Assembly: GCA_001830245.1 (NCBI GenBank)
Contig: MIDV01000005.1
Location: 444-60,788, forward strand
Direction of reading: 5' to 3'
Length of the DNA: 60,345 bases
Source of the DNA: Lysobacterales bacterium RIFOXYA1_FULL_69_10
GTDB lineage: Bacteria > Pseudomonadota > Gammaproteobacteria > Xanthomonadales > Xanthomonadaceae
Shown here: piece after piece, positions 10,023 through 20,509 of the stretch
Layout: every line of letters begins with the position of its first letter
Position numbering within the stretch: the stretch's first letter is position 1
Made by a program: the position numbers and the translations under genes
The notes under the pieces: model-generated
The model's input: the letters and a program-made list of their open reading frames with translations, nothing else
What the model was told of the DNA's origin: nothing
The model's database searches: none

Positions 10023-11275
10023 CGCAGGCCTCGGTCGGGGCTGGTCCAGACGGCACGCCGGTTGCGACGTTGCAACAGGGTCGTCGGCAGGGCAATCACC
10101 GTGGTGAAGAGGGCGAGCATCCAATACGCCGCCGGATACCAGACCATCCAGTAGAAGTTGCGGCCGATGCGCGGCTCGTAGCGGCGGTCGATCAGCAGGC
10201 TGATCGCGAACTGCAGCAGGCACACGACGCCCAGCACCATGCCGTGCCAGCGCGGCAGCAGCGTATTTACGGTCAGGTCTTGCGGCAGGTCGACGAACTT
10301 GCCCAGCAGCCACAGCACCATGATGAAGAGCATCACGTACGCCCAGGCCACGCTCAGGCTGTACTCGGCCAGCACGCCCCACATGCGGCGTCGGCGCCAG
10401 TTGAACAGGTCTGTCCCGTGACGCAGCGCGACCTCGACGCCACCCTTGGCCCAGCGCAGGCGCTGGTTCCACAGGCCACGCAGGGTCTCGGGCATCAGGA
10501 TGAAGCACATCGCGTTGGGCTCGTAGCGGATGTCCCAGTGCGCGATCTGCAACCGCCAGCTGATGTCGATGTCCTCGGTGACCATGTCGTCGGACCAGTA
10601 GCCGACGCTGTGAAGCGCAGTGCGGCGGAAGGCGCAGATCACGCCGGACACGGTGAACAACCGGCCGTAGACGCGTTGCGCGCGCTTGATCATGCCGATG
10701 ATCGAGCTGAACTCGCCGACCTGCAGGCGGCCCAAGAGCGTGGAGCGGTTACGCACGCGCGGGTTGCCGGTGACCGCGCCCACGCGCGGCCCGCTGGTCA
10801 GGTGCCACATCATCCAGTGGGTGGCGTACTCGTCCAGCAGGGCGTCGCCGTCCACGCACACCAGGTACTCGCTGCGTGCCGCCAGCGTGCCCATCCGCAA
10901 TGCGTTGGCCTTGCCCTGGTTGCTGGCCAGATGGAGCACGCGCAGGCGCGGGTATTGGCGGGCAAGGTCGTCGAGCGCGGCGCCGGTGCCGTCGCTGCTG
11001 CCATCGTTGATGGCGATGATCTCGAAGTCCGGGTACGCCTGCGCATCCAGCGCGGCAATGGTCTCGGCGACATTGGCCTCCTCGTTGTGGCAGGGGACGA
11101 GCAGGCTCGCCATCGGGTAGGCCTTCATCCGCGGCGGGTCGTCGCGCAGCGGCGTGCCGCGCTCGCGCCGGAAGAAGTAGTAGAGGCCGCCGATCATCCA
11201 CAGGAAGGACATCGTGATCGGGTAGTAGAAGGCGAACTGGAAGAGGACGTCCAACAGTCCCACTGGTGTAGTCAT
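10019..11275 (-). CDS. pgaC: PNAG synthase (GT2)
   Basis: INDGS, DGDA, TEDID, QRLRW motifs. Confidence 0.95.
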   Translation of the reverse strand: MTTPVGLLDVLFQFAFYYPITMSFLWMIGGLYYFFRRERGTPLRDDPPRMKAYPMASLLVPCHNEEANVAETIAALDAQAYPDFEIIAINDGSSDGTGAALDDLARQYPRLRVLHLASNQGKANALRMGTLAARSEYLVCVDGDALLDEYATHWMMWHLTSGPRVGAVTGNPRVRNRSTLLGRLQVGEFSSIIGMIKRAQRVYGRLFTVSGVICAFRRTALHSVGYWSDDMVTEDIDISWRLQIAHWDIRYEPNAMCFILMPETLRGLWNQRLRWAKGGVEVALRHGTDLFNWRRRRMWGVLAEYSLSVAWAYVMLFIMVLWLLGKFVDLPQDLTVNTLLPRWHGMVLGVVCLLQFAISLLIDRRYEPRIGRNFYWMVWYPAAYWMLALFTTVIALPTTLLQRRNRRAVWTSPDRGLR

Positions 11276-11286
11276 GTCGCGGCCTC

Positions 11287-13176
11287 TCAGCGGGGTGGAT
11301 AGGGGAAGCCGCGCGAGCTGATCGCCGCGCGGGTCGGTTGGAAGGCGGGCAGGTCACGCACGAAGTCGTCCGGGTAGTAGCCCAGGTGCCGGACGCCGGC
11401 CGCCTGCATGGCGCGCATCTGGGACTGGAGCCGCTCGCCCGGGATCGGGGTCTGCGTGCGCCAGTCCACCGTCTGCAGCTCGAACACCGTGCGTGCCAGC
11501 CCGTCGGGGTGGCGGTCGACGGCGGCGACCAGGTCAAGCAGCCAGCGGTCGGGGTCGGCCGCGCCTTCCATCCACGGCATCGCCATCAATGCGGTGTAGT
11601 CGTAGGCGTCGAGGAATGCATCCAGCCGCTGGCCGAACCACGCCTCGCTCCCGGGCTGCAGCACCGGGCGCGCGTAAAGGTTGCGCACGGTGACGAGCTT
11701 GGGACGCCATCGCTCGGCGCGTTGGGCCAGCGCGAGGCTGAAGTCGACCAGAAGCTGCGTGCGCTCGGCCGGCTCGCTGGCACTGGCGGCGCCGAGGTCG
11801 CCGTCGCGCAGGTAGGCGTCGTCGTGGAAAAGCAGGCCCTCGATGTAGCTGGCCACGGCGAGGTCTTCGTAGATGTCGCCGACGTACGCCAGCACGCGCG
11901 GGTCCGACGGATCCAGGCGGAACACCTCGGCCTCGGCGCCCGGCTCGTCGCGGATGCGCACCTGCTCGGCGAAAGCCGTGTCGGTCGGTTCGAACCCCAG
12001 CACCGGCAACCACGCAAGCACCTTCACGTCCGCCCGCGTGCGCAGCTGCCAGGCGACGCGGTTGTACAGGTCCGCTCGCACCGGCAGGTGGCGGTTGGGG
12101 AAATACAACGCGTCGGCCGAACCGTTGCCGTCCGGGTCGGCGAAGGCCTGCAGGAACACATGCGTTGGGCCCAGGCCGCGGATGCGCTCGATCAGCGCGT
12201 CCAGGTTGCGCTCAAGCTGCGCCGGATCGGGGTCGTACACGTAGTCCAGGTCCACTTGGACGGCGCGCATCGCGGTGCGTTCCTCGTCGCGGCGCAGCTC
12301 GCGTGCGAACTCGACGATGTCGGGGTTGTCCATCAGCAGCAGGCGCGACAGCCCGTGCAGGTCCACGAGCGGGCGCTCACGGCCTTCCAGGTCGAACGAC
12401 ACCTCCAGCCCCAGCCCGTCGGCAACGCGGTTGGCTTCGTCGCTGTAGGCCGCGTACGGCCACACGATGGCGCGGGGCCGCGTTGCGGTATTGCCGGCAA
12501 TGGCCTCGATGCTGCGCGCGAGGTCGGCCCGCAGGCGCTCGCGGTAGACCGCTTCGGATTCGTAGCGCGCGTTGGCCGGGTCGAAGATCCGGGTGATGGC
12601 CGCCGGCGTCATGTTGCCCTGCGGATTGGCCAGCACGCCGCGGTGCAGGTCATGGCTGTGGGACGCGACTTCCACCAGGCCCGAGGCCTGCATCTCCCGC
12701 AGCTGCGCCCAGGTCAGGAAGTCGTCCCGGTCGAACGTGCGTGGGCCGTAGTCGACCGCGCGCGAGGGTGCGAGGTCGACCCAGTCGGTGACGACCGCCA
12801 TCAGCGCCGGATACCCGTACGCCTGCAACAGCGGATAGGCGTGGGTGTAGTGGCTGCGCAGGCCATCGTCGAAGGTCAGCAGGACCGCCTTGGGCGGCAG
12901 GGGCGGCCCGCCACGTTGCGCGGCGACGATGCGGTCCAGGTCGACGGGCGTGTAGCCGTGGCCCGACAGCCAGTCCAGCTGGGCGGCGAAGTTGTGCGTG
13001 CTGGTGGCATACGCGTCCGGGTCGCCGCTGGCGTCCACGTCGTCGCGGATGTCGTGGTAGCTGATCACCAGCAACTCCGACGGCGGCGCGGCCATCGATG
13101 CCGGCGTCCACAGCAGCAGGCCCAGCAATGCCAACGCGGCGGCGCGGGTGCGGATCAGTGTCGTGATGCGGCTCAT
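11287..13176 (-). CDS. pgaB: PNAG N-deacetylase/hydrolase
   Basis: ISYHD, LTFDDG, SHSHDLH, WPY motifs plus C-terminal domain (DLDYVYD, LQAFADP, FHDDA, YYPDDF). Confidence 0.93.
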   Translation of the reverse strand: MSRITTLIRTRAAALALLGLLLWTPASMAAPPSELLVISYHDIRDDVDASGDPDAYATSTHNFAAQLDWLSGHGYTPVDLDRIVAAQRGGPPLPPKAVLLTFDDGLRSHYTHAYPLLQAYGYPALMAVVTDWVDLAPSRAVDYGPRTFDRDDFLTWAQLREMQASGLVEVASHSHDLHRGVLANPQGNMTPAAITRIFDPANARYESEAVYRERLRADLARSIEAIAGNTATRPRAIVWPYAAYSDEANRVADGLGLEVSFDLEGRERPLVDLHGLSRLLLMDNPDIVEFARELRRDEERTAMRAVQVDLDYVYDPDPAQLERNLDALIERIRGLGPTHVFLQAFADPDGNGSADALYFPNRHLPVRADLYNRVAWQLRTRADVKVLAWLPVLGFEPTDTAFAEQVRIRDEPGAEAEVFRLDPSDPRVLAYVGDIYEDLAVASYIEGLLFHDDAYLRDGDLGAASASEPAERTQLLVDFSLALAQRAERWRPKLVTVRNLYARPVLQPGSEAWFGQRLDAFLDAYDYTALMAMPWMEGAADPDRWLLDLVAAVDRHPDGLARTVFELQTVDWRTQTPIPGERLQSQMRAMQAAGVRHLGYYPDDFVRDLPAFQPTRAAISSRGFPYPPR

Positions 13177-13177
13177 G

Positions 13178-15292
13178 TCATTCCCCCCAGGCCACGCGCA
13201 GGTCGAAGCTGACCCGGTCCTCGCGCACGCCGTCGTAGACGGGGCGCGAGTAGCCGACGCCGTAGCCGATCTGCCGGCCGGCGGCGAGTTGCCATTCGTG
13301 CTCGTAGCGCACCTGCGGGTACCACTCGGCGCCGAAGCCTTCCTGCCGGTAGTTGACTGCCGACACGGCAAGCCGATGGCGGAAGTGGCGGTCGTAGCGG
13401 CGCCATGCGATGTGGTCGGCGCGCAGGCCGAGCTCCAGCGAGGTGTCGCGCGTCGGATTGAAGTAGGGCGCATCCTCGCGCGAGCCGCGGCCGGCCTGCA
13501 CGCCACCGAATCCGTTGAGCAGGAAATGCGGGCGGCTGGCCAGGCGCTGGTCGAACAGCAGCGACGCGGACTCGCGGCGGTTGCCGTCCTCGTACCGGAG
13601 TTGCTCCAGGCCCGCCTGCACGGTGGTGGACTCGCTGGGTGTGTAGTCCAGCCGGACGCGGGCCGCGTCGGCGGTGATGCCGGTGCGCCGCGCCTGCAGC
13701 GACGCCAGCGGGTCGTTGAGGTGGTACGAGGCGGTGCCGGCCAGCACGTCGCTGAAGCGCCATCGGCCCCAGGCGCCGACGGTGGTGCCATCGTCGTAGT
13801 CGTCGGAAGGGGTGGCGGCCTCCGCGCCCCATTGCAGCCGATCCTGCGCGTACGACACGCCGGCACCGACCAGCGTGTGGTCGACGCGTTCGCCAAGGAA
13901 GTCGGCGGTGGCCCGGCTGGCGTGCGCGGTCAGGCGCCACCGGTCGCCGAGCAGCGGCGAGGCGACACGCAGCACGTGGCGCGTGTCGCGCGAGCCCAGG
14001 GGTGATCCCCCGGTCGCGCTCGCTGCGTCATCGTCGTTGTTGCGGCCCCATGAGGATTCATGCGTGATCTGCCACCCCTGTCGGCGCTCCCAACGTTGCT
14101 GCACTCGCTGCGCATGCAGGTTCTCGGGATGCAGCCCCATGAGGTCGGCCAGCAGGGGACGCGCCTGCGCAGTGCGGTCTAGGTCCAGCAGGGCCTGCAC
14201 CTCGCCGACGCGGGGTGCGGCGTCGTCCGGATCGAGGGTCCTCGCGACGCGGTGACGCTCCAGGCCCCGCTCGGCCCAGCCACGTTGCAGGTACACCGAG
14301 CCCAGGGTCTGGTGCAGGTTCGCATTCATCGCGCCGACCGACACCAGCGACTCGGCCTGGCGCTGCGCATCCTCCAGCGCGTGGGCAAACGAATCGACCA
14401 GTACCTGCGTCACGTCGATGTCGTAACGGCGCCAGTTGGCGTATTCCTGCCGGGCGCCGGCGCGGCTCAGCCACGGCGCTTCACTGGCCTGCATCGATTC
14501 CAGCAGCGCGTAGGCATCATCGAAGCGTTCGCTTTCGACATAGGCGTAGACCAGCAGGATCCGGGCTTCGTGGGCCTCCGGATCGTCCCGCACCGTCGCT
14601 TCCAGTGCGTCCACAGCCAGCTCGGGATGGCGCGCCGACAGCAGCGAGTCGCCAACCGCCGCGCCCACGTACGCGGGCAGTTCGACACCGTCGGCGACTG
14701 ACTGCCGGTAGCGTTCGCTGACCGCCTCGTGCCGACCCAGTGTGTTGAGGGCAATGAGTTCGTCGTTGGCCATGCGTTGGCGCGATACGGCGGCATCGTC
14801 GGTGGCGGCGAGATTGGCAGTCAGTCCGGCCAGCGCGGTCTGCGCGGCCTGCATCTCGGTCAGGCGCGATTCCGGGGACACCGGATGCAGGCCGCCCCAG
14901 ACGATCATCCGTGCGACCCGGTCCGCCTGGAGACGGCGGGCGATCACGGGTTCGAACAGGTGCGGGCGCGCCTGGTACAGCTCCCATGCGCGGTGCGAGG
15001 CACCCAGGTCGGACAGGGCGAGCGTCCGCAGGCGGAAGGCGTCGTCGTCGGCGGGGTCGCGTTCCAGCAGCACCTCGGAGATCGCCAGCGTTTCCAGCCA
15101 GCGGCCTTCGTCGCGGAGCCGCCAAGCCTCCACCATCGCCTCGCCACGCGGCATCGTGGACACGCTGGCGGCCGAAAGACGGGCGGTATCGGGCGGGGGA
15201 GGGGCGACGGGTTCGTTGCCGCGGGCCAGCCCGACGGCGCAGGCGTTGGCCAATGCCAAACCTGCGCATAAGCGCATTGCAGTCCTGACCAC
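13178..15292 (-). CDS. pgaA: PNAG export porin (TPR + beta-barrel)
   Basis: TPR-like helices then beta-strands with a YFNP motif; operon position. Start is GTG 15292 (G-rich RBS) or ATG 15277. Confidence 0.88.
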   Translation of the reverse strand: MVRTAMRLCAGLALANACAVGLARGNEPVAPPPPDTARLSAASVSTMPRGEAMVEAWRLRDEGRWLETLAISEVLLERDPADDDAFRLRTLALSDLGASHRAWELYQARPHLFEPVIARRLQADRVARMIVWGGLHPVSPESRLTEMQAAQTALAGLTANLAATDDAAVSRQRMANDELIALNTLGRHEAVSERYRQSVADGVELPAYVGAAVGDSLLSARHPELAVDALEATVRDDPEAHEARILLVYAYVESERFDDAYALLESMQASEAPWLSRAGARQEYANWRRYDIDVTQVLVDSFAHALEDAQRQAESLVSVGAMNANLHQTLGSVYLQRGWAERGLERHRVARTLDPDDAAPRVGEVQALLDLDRTAQARPLLADLMGLHPENLHAQRVQQRWERRQGWQITHESSWGRNNDDDAASATGGSPLGSRDTRHVLRVASPLLGDRWRLTAHASRATADFLGERVDHTLVGAGVSYAQDRLQWGAEAATPSDDYDDGTTVGAWGRWRFSDVLAGTASYHLNDPLASLQARRTGITADAARVRLDYTPSESTTVQAGLEQLRYEDGNRRESASLLFDQRLASRPHFLLNGFGGVQAGRGSREDAPYFNPTRDTSLELGLRADHIAWRRYDRHFRHRLAVSAVNYRQEGFGAEWYPQVRYEHEWQLAAGRQIGYGVGYSRPVYDGVREDRVSFDLRVAWGE

Positions 15293-15515
15293 GAATTCCC
15301 CCCGTAAAACAACTATGTCGGTCGACGCGTCCGTGCAGGGCAAGCACGGGCCGGGCCAACAGCGCCCGTTAAAGACCGGCAAGAGTGTGAAGCCTGTCAC
15401 GCTTCGTCCGGTAGTAGTAACGACGAAGACGTGACGGGAGGGACATGGGCGGCTGAACGGACCTGACCCGGTTCAGGCGGATAGACTGCGCTCCGGTTTC
15501 CACCCCGCCCCTGCC

Positions 15516-16814
15516 ATGCCCAACGCCACGCAGCTGCACCCCGACCTCGAAGACACCCGCATCGGCGTGGTCGGCCTGGGCTACGTGGGCTGGCCGCTGG
15601 CGCTGGCGTTTGCGCAGCACCTGCCCACGCGGGGCTACGACATCGACATCGCGCGGATCGAGGCGCTGCAGCGGGGTGAGGACGCGACCGGGGAGACCGG
15701 ACACCTGCCCACTGGCGGCGCATTGCCGGTGTTGTCGGGCGACATCGGTGCGCTGGCCGATTGCAACGTCTACATCATCACCGTGCCCACGCCGGTGGAC
15801 GAGGCCAATCGCCCCGACCTCGGGCCGCTGCGGCAGGCCAGCCGCGCGGTCGGCACGCTGCTGAAGGCGGGGGATGTCGTCGTATACGAGTCGACCGTGT
15901 ATCCGGGCACCACCGAAGAGGTCTGCGTCCCGGAGCTGGAAGCCGCCTCCGGCCTGGCCTTCAACCGCGACTTCACCTGCGGCTACAGCCCCGAGCGCAT
16001 CAATCCGGGCGACCGCGCGCGCGGCTTGGCCGACATCGTCAAGGTGACTTCCGGGTCCACGCCCGAAGCCGCCGTGTTCGTCGACGCGCTGTACCGCCGG
16101 ATCATCACCGCCGGCACCCACCGTGCGCCGAGCATGCGCGTGGCCGAGGCCGCCAAGGTCATCGAGAATACCCAGCGCGACGTCAACATCGCGCTGGTCA
16201 ACGAGCTGGCGATGATCTTCAACAAGATGGGGCTGGACACCCGCGACGTGCTGGCCGCGGCCGCCACCAAGTGGAACTTCCTGCCGTTCACGCCCGGTCT
16301 GGTGGGCGGGCACTGCATCGGCGTCGACCCGTACTACCTGACCCACAAGGCCACGGTGCTGGGCTACCACCCCGAACTGATCCTGGCCGCGCGTCGCATC
16401 AACAACCGCATGGGCATCTTCGTCGCCCACCAGGTGTTGCGGCTCATGGCGCGCAAGCGCATCAACGTCGTCGATGCACGCGTGCTGGTGCTGGGCGTGA
16501 CGTTCAAGGAGGACTGCCCGGACCTGCGCAACACGCGCGTGATGGACATCGTGCGCGAGTTGCGCGAGGCCCATGCCGTCGTCGACGTGCACGACCCGCT
16601 GGCCGATGCCGCGCTGGCCAAGCGCGAGCTGGGCGTGACGCTGGTCGAGGCGCCGGAAGTCGGTGCCTACGACGCCGTCGTGCTGGCGGTGCCGCACGCC
16701 GGGTTCGTTTCCGAGGCGGGGCGGGGCGACCTGCGTCGATGGACGAAGCCGCACTCGGTCATCTACGACGCGAAGTCGGCGCTCGAGGGCGTGGAGGTCG
16801 ACGGGCGGCTGTAG
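15516..16814 (+). CDS. UDP-N-acetylhexosamine 6-dehydrogenase (TviB/WbpO family)
   Basis: GLGYVG, YESTVYPG.TEE, SPERINPGD, GGHCIGVDPYYL, TFKE.CPDLRN motifs. Confidence 0.9.
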   Translation: MPNATQLHPDLEDTRIGVVGLGYVGWPLALAFAQHLPTRGYDIDIARIEALQRGEDATGETGHLPTGGALPVLSGDIGALADCNVYIITVPTPVDEANRPDLGPLRQASRAVGTLLKAGDVVVYESTVYPGTTEEVCVPELEAASGLAFNRDFTCGYSPERINPGDRARGLADIVKVTSGSTPEAAVFVDALYRRIITAGTHRAPSMRVAEAAKVIENTQRDVNIALVNELAMIFNKMGLDTRDVLAAAATKWNFLPFTPGLVGGHCIGVDPYYLTHKATVLGYHPELILAARRINNRMGIFVAHQVLRLMARKRINVVDARVLVLGVTFKEDCPDLRNTRVMDIVRELREAHAVVDVHDPLADAALAKRELGVTLVEAPEVGAYDAVVLAVPHAGFVSEAGRGDLRRWTKPHSVIYDAKSALEGVEVDGRL

Positions 16815-16844
16815 CGCCGTCCGCGTCTAGAAGTCCGCAGGCAC

Positions 16845-16873
16845 AAAAAAACCGGCGCGAGGCCGGCTTTTTC
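16845..16873. terminator. Bidirectional intrinsic terminator
   Basis: A7-CCGGC-gcgag-GCCGG-CTTTTT between the convergent dehydrogenase gene and tRNA. Confidence 0.75.
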
Positions 16874-16904
16874 TTTCTACTGCCAGTTGGGCGGGCCAAC
16901 TTAG

Positions 16905-16981
16905 TGGTCGGGGAGACAGGATTTGAACCTGCGACTTCTACGTCCCGAACGTAGCGCTCTACCAGGCTGAGCTACACCCCG
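16905..16981 (-). tRNA. tRNA-Pro (anticodon CGG)
   Basis: 77-nt cloverleaf CGGGGTGTAGCTCAG..CTACG-TTCGGGA-CGTAG..GGTTCAAATCC..CCGACCA with encoded CCA. Confidence 0.97.
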
Positions 16982-16996
16982 ACGGCAGAGCCGCGA

Positions 16997-17026
16997 ATTC
17001 TAGCGAGTCGGGCAGGCGGGGCGCAA
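16997..17026 (-). promoter_or_regulatory. sigma70 promoter of tRNA-Pro
   Basis: TTGCGC, 18-nt spacer, TAGAAT on the minus strand. Confidence 0.6.
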
Positions 17027-17136
17027 TAGCCTCGCGTCTCGAACCGGGCAAAACGGCCCGCGCCCGTTAAACTGTGCGGCTCATCGAACCCCCGCCCGCG
17101 GCCCGTGCCGCAGGCCCGCCACACCTGGAGTTCCGC

Positions 17137-18531
17137 TTGATCAAGCCGCGTACCCCGCCCGGGGTCATGGAGCTGCTGCCCCGTGACCAGATCGCCTTCC
17201 AGCGCATGCTCGACACGATCCGTCGCCACTTCGAGCGCTTCGGCTTCCTGCCGGTGGAAACCCCCGTCATGGAGCTGTCGGAGGTGCTGCTGACCAAGTC
17301 GGGCGGCGAGACCGAGCGGCAGGTGTATTTCGTGCAGTCCACCGGCGCGCTGGCGAAATCCGGCAGCGAGGACGGCGAGGGCGGCATGCCGGAGCTGGCG
17401 CTGAGATTCGACCTCACCGTGCCGCTCGCGCGGTACGTGGCCGAACACGAGCACGACCTGGCGTTCCCGTTCCGCCGCTACCAGATGCAGCGCGTCTACC
17501 GCGGCGAGCGCGCCCAGCGCGGCCGCTTCCGTGAGTTCTACCAGTGCGACATCGACGTGGTTGGCAAGGACAGCCTGAGCGTGCGCCACGACGCCGAGTT
17601 CCCGGCGGTGATCTTCGCGGTGTTCTCCGAGCTGGACATCGGCAAGTTCACCATCCAGCTCAACAACCGCAAGCTGATGCGCGGCTTCTTCGAGGCCCAG
17701 GGCGTGGGCGATGCGGACCTGCAGGCGCGGGTGCTGCGCGAGGTCGACAAGCTGGACAAGCGCGGCCCCGACTACGTGCGCGAAACGCTGGTGGGCGAGG
17801 GCTTCGGGCTGTCGGCCGACGCCGTCGAGCGGATCCTGGCGTTCGTCGAAGTGCGCTCGACCTCGCACGCCGACGCATTGGCACGGCTCGACGCACTGGG
17901 CACGCCGAACGATGCGGTCCGTGCCGGCGTCGAGGAATTGCGCGAGGTGCTGGAGCTGGTACGCGCACTTGGCGTGCCGGAAACCCATTACGCGCTCAAC
18001 TTCTCCATAGCCCGCGGGCTGGACTACTACACCGGCACCGTCTACGAGACCACGCTGGACGAATACCCGCAGATCGGGTCGGTGTGTTCGGGCGGCCGCT
18101 ATGACGACCTGGCCAGCCACTACACGAAGTCGAAGTTGCCGGGCGTAGGTATTTCCATCGGATTGACGCGCCTGTTCTGGCAGTTGCGCGATGCCGGCCT
18201 CGTCGACACCGCGGCCAGCTCAGTGCAGGTGCTGGTCACCCAGATGGACGCGGCGCACCTGCCACAGTGCCTGGCGCTGGCCGCCGAGTTGCGCCAGGGC
18301 GGGCTCAACACCGAAGTGGTGATGGAGGCGTCCAAGCTGGGCAAGCAGTTCAAGTACGCCGACCGCGCGGGCATCCGCTTTGTTGCCGTGCTGGGCGAGG
18401 ACGAGATCGCGCAGGGCACGGTGACGGTCAAGGACCTGCGGCGCGAGGACCAGTTCACCGTGCCGCGCGACGAGCTGGCCAAGGCGCTGCGCGTCGAGCT
18501 GGCGCAGGCGGAAGTGGAGGCACGGGCATGA
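17137..18531 (+). CDS. hisS: Histidyl-tRNA synthetase
   Basis: [46 protein letters not shown]; TTG start with GGAG RBS. Confidence 0.96.
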   Translation: MIKPRTPPGVMELLPRDQIAFQRMLDTIRRHFERFGFLPVETPVMELSEVLLTKSGGETERQVYFVQSTGALAKSGSEDGEGGMPELALRFDLTVPLARYVAEHEHDLAFPFRRYQMQRVYRGERAQRGRFREFYQCDIDVVGKDSLSVRHDAEFPAVIFAVFSELDIGKFTIQLNNRKLMRGFFEAQGVGDADLQARVLREVDKLDKRGPDYVRETLVGEGFGLSADAVERILAFVEVRSTSHADALARLDALGTPNDAVRAGVEELREVLELVRALGVPETHYALNFSIARGLDYYTGTVYETTLDEYPQIGSVCSGGRYDDLASHYTKSKLPGVGISIGLTRLFWQLRDAGLVDTAASSVQVLVTQMDAAHLPQCLALAAELRQGGLNTEVVMEASKLGKQFKYADRAGIRFVAVLGEDEIAQGTVTVKDLRREDQFTVPRDELAKALRVELAQAEVEARA

Positions 18532-20423
18532 GGCCGGTTCGACTGGATGGCCGCTCGCTGACGCGGGCGCAGCTGGTGGCCGTGGCGCGTGGCGCGTTGG
18601 TCGAGCTGGACGAAGCGCAACTGCCTGCGGTTGCGCGCGCCGCGGAGTTCCTCGCCGAGCAGGTCCGGCGCGAGGAGCCGATCTATGGCGTGTCCACCGG
18701 CTTCGGCAGCAACGCCGACCGGCTGCTGGGCGCCCGCCGCCAGCGCGAGGCGCTACCCGGTGAAGCGCACCGTGGCGAGACGCTGCACGCCGAGTTGCAG
18801 CGCAACCTGATCGAGACCCACGCCGTGTGCGTCGGCGAGCCGTTCGCCGCCGACGTGGTCCGGGCGATGCTGTGCATCCGCATCAACACGCTGATGCGCG
18901 GCCACTCGGGCATCCGCGTGGAAACGCTGCAGGCGCTGGCGGCGATGCTCAACGCCGGCATCGTGCCGGTGGTGCCGCAACTGGGGTCGGTCGGTGCATC
19001 CGGCGACCTGGCGCCGCTGTCGCACCTGGCCATCGTGCTGCTGGGCGGCGGCGAAGCGTTCTACCAGGGCGAGCGGATGCCCGGCGGCGAGGCGCTGTCG
19101 CGCGCGGGGCTGTCGCCGGTGACGCTCTCGTACAAGGAAGGCCTGGCGCTCAACAACGGTACCGCGCAGATGCTGGCCTGCGGCGTGCTGGCGCTGCACG
19201 AGCTGGAGGAGCTGCTGGATACCGCCGACCTGGCCGCGGCGATGACCATCGATGCCTTCGCCGGGCGGCTGGGTGCGTTCGCGCCGGAGGTGCACGCACT
19301 GCGCCCGCACCCGGGCCAGGTGGAAGTCGCCGCGCACCTGCGGCAACTGCTGGAGGGCTCGACCCTCGCCGACATCCCGTACCACCTGGTGCCGCGTTTC
19401 CGTCCGTGGGCGCCGCGAAGCTGGGACACGCCCGAAGCCCAGGCACTGCGTTTCGACATCGGCTGGGACTGGGTGCCGCTGGACCAGCGTCACGGCCGCG
19501 AGAAGTTCTATACGCGCTTCCGCCCGTTCCGGGGCGGCAAGAAGCACCAGCCGCAGGACAGCTACTCGCTGCGCTGCATCCCGCAGGTGCACGGCGCGGT
19601 GCGCGACGCTGCCGCGCAGGCCGCACGCGTGCTGGAGGTCGAGCTCAATTCGCTCACCGACAACCCGATCGTGTTTCCGGACGCCGACGCCGAGCACGTC
19701 GAGCAGCAGGTGATCTCCGCCGGCCATTTCCACGGCATGCCGCTCGCGCTGGCGATGAGCTACGTCAAGGCGGCGATCCCGGTGCTGGCGAGCATCTCCG
19801 AGCGCCGCCTCAACAAACTGGTGGACCCGGCGACCAACGACGGCCTGCCGGGTTTCCTGATCGGCAACGAGGACGCCACCGAGTCGGGCTTCATGATCGT
19901 GCAATACACCGCCGCGGCCATCGTCAACGACCTGGCCAGCCGCGCGCACCCGGCGTCGGTGTATTCGATCCCGACCAGCGCCAATGCCGAGGATCACGTA
20001 TCGATGGGTGCCAACGAGGCGCGCCACGTGCTGTCGATGGTCGATGACCTGGGCAAGGTGCTGGCGCTGGAGCTTTACACCGCCGCGCAGGCGCTGGACC
20101 TGCGCCGCGACATGATCAACGCGGCCCGTGACCTGTCGCGGCGCAGCCATGCCGCCGCGCTCGCGCGCAAGGTGGCCGGCGGTCCCGAGCCAGATCTCGA
20201 TGCAGATGGCCGAAAGGCGTTCGTCGAGGAGGTCGAAGGTCTGCGCGCGGAGCTGGCGCAGGCCGCCGAGTACCAGCCGGGCCGCGCCGTGGCCGCCGCA
20301 CATGCGCGCATCCGCGAGGCGATCCCGTTCCTGGGCCGCGACCGCGCGCTGGATGCCGAGGTCGCCACGGCCGTCGCGCTGGTGAAGGGCGGCGAGATCA
20401 TCGCCGCGGCGCGATCCGTGTAA
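18528..20423 (+). CDS. MIO-dependent aromatic amino-acid ammonia-lyase, probably histidine ammonia-lyase-like (631 aa, enlarged)
   Basis: [44 protein letters not shown]; ATGA overlap with hisS. Confidence 0.88.
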   Translation: MRPVRLDGRSLTRAQLVAVARGALVELDEAQLPAVARAAEFLAEQVRREEPIYGVSTGFGSNADRLLGARRQREALPGEAHRGETLHAELQRNLIETHAVCVGEPFAADVVRAMLCIRINTLMRGHSGIRVETLQALAAMLNAGIVPVVPQLGSVGASGDLAPLSHLAIVLLGGGEAFYQGERMPGGEALSRAGLSPVTLSYKEGLALNNGTAQMLACGVLALHELEELLDTADLAAAMTIDAFAGRLGAFAPEVHALRPHPGQVEVAAHLRQLLEGSTLADIPYHLVPRFRPWAPRSWDTPEAQALRFDIGWDWVPLDQRHGREKFYTRFRPFRGGKKHQPQDSYSLRCIPQVHGAVRDAAAQAARVLEVELNSLTDNPIVFPDADAEHVEQQVISAGHFHGMPLALAMSYVKAAIPVLASISERRLNKLVDPATNDGLPGFLIGNEDATESGFMIVQYTAAAIVNDLASRAHPASVYSIPTSANAEDHVSMGANEARHVLSMVDDLGKVLALELYTAAQALDLRRDMINAARDLSRRSHAAALARKVAGGPEPDLDADGRKAFVEEVEGLRAELAQAAEYQPGRAVAAAHARIREAIPFLGRDRALDAEVATAVALVKGGEIIAAARSV

Positions 20424-20426
20424 GGC

Positions 20427-20505
20427 GTAGCCCGGGTAAGCGAAGCGCACCCGGGGCGCGAGTGGAATGGGAAACCCCCGGGTACGCTTCGCTTACCCGG
20501 GCTAC
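20427..20505. repeat. GTAG-REP family C inverted doublet
   Basis: GTAGCCCGGGTAAGCGAAGCGCACCCGGG and a near-exact reverse complement ending at 20505, between convergent genes. Confidence 0.88.
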
Positions 20506-20509
20506 GTAA

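Noticed and set aside
9515-16981. Prophage or integrative element at tRNA-Pro
   Set aside because: No integrase, no duplicated tRNA 3' end, and no obvious compositional shift.
16905-16981. U6:U67 mismatch in the tRNA acceptor stem suggesting a pseudo-tRNA
   Set aside because: All other arms, the CCA end, promoter and terminator are intact; single mismatches are tolerated.
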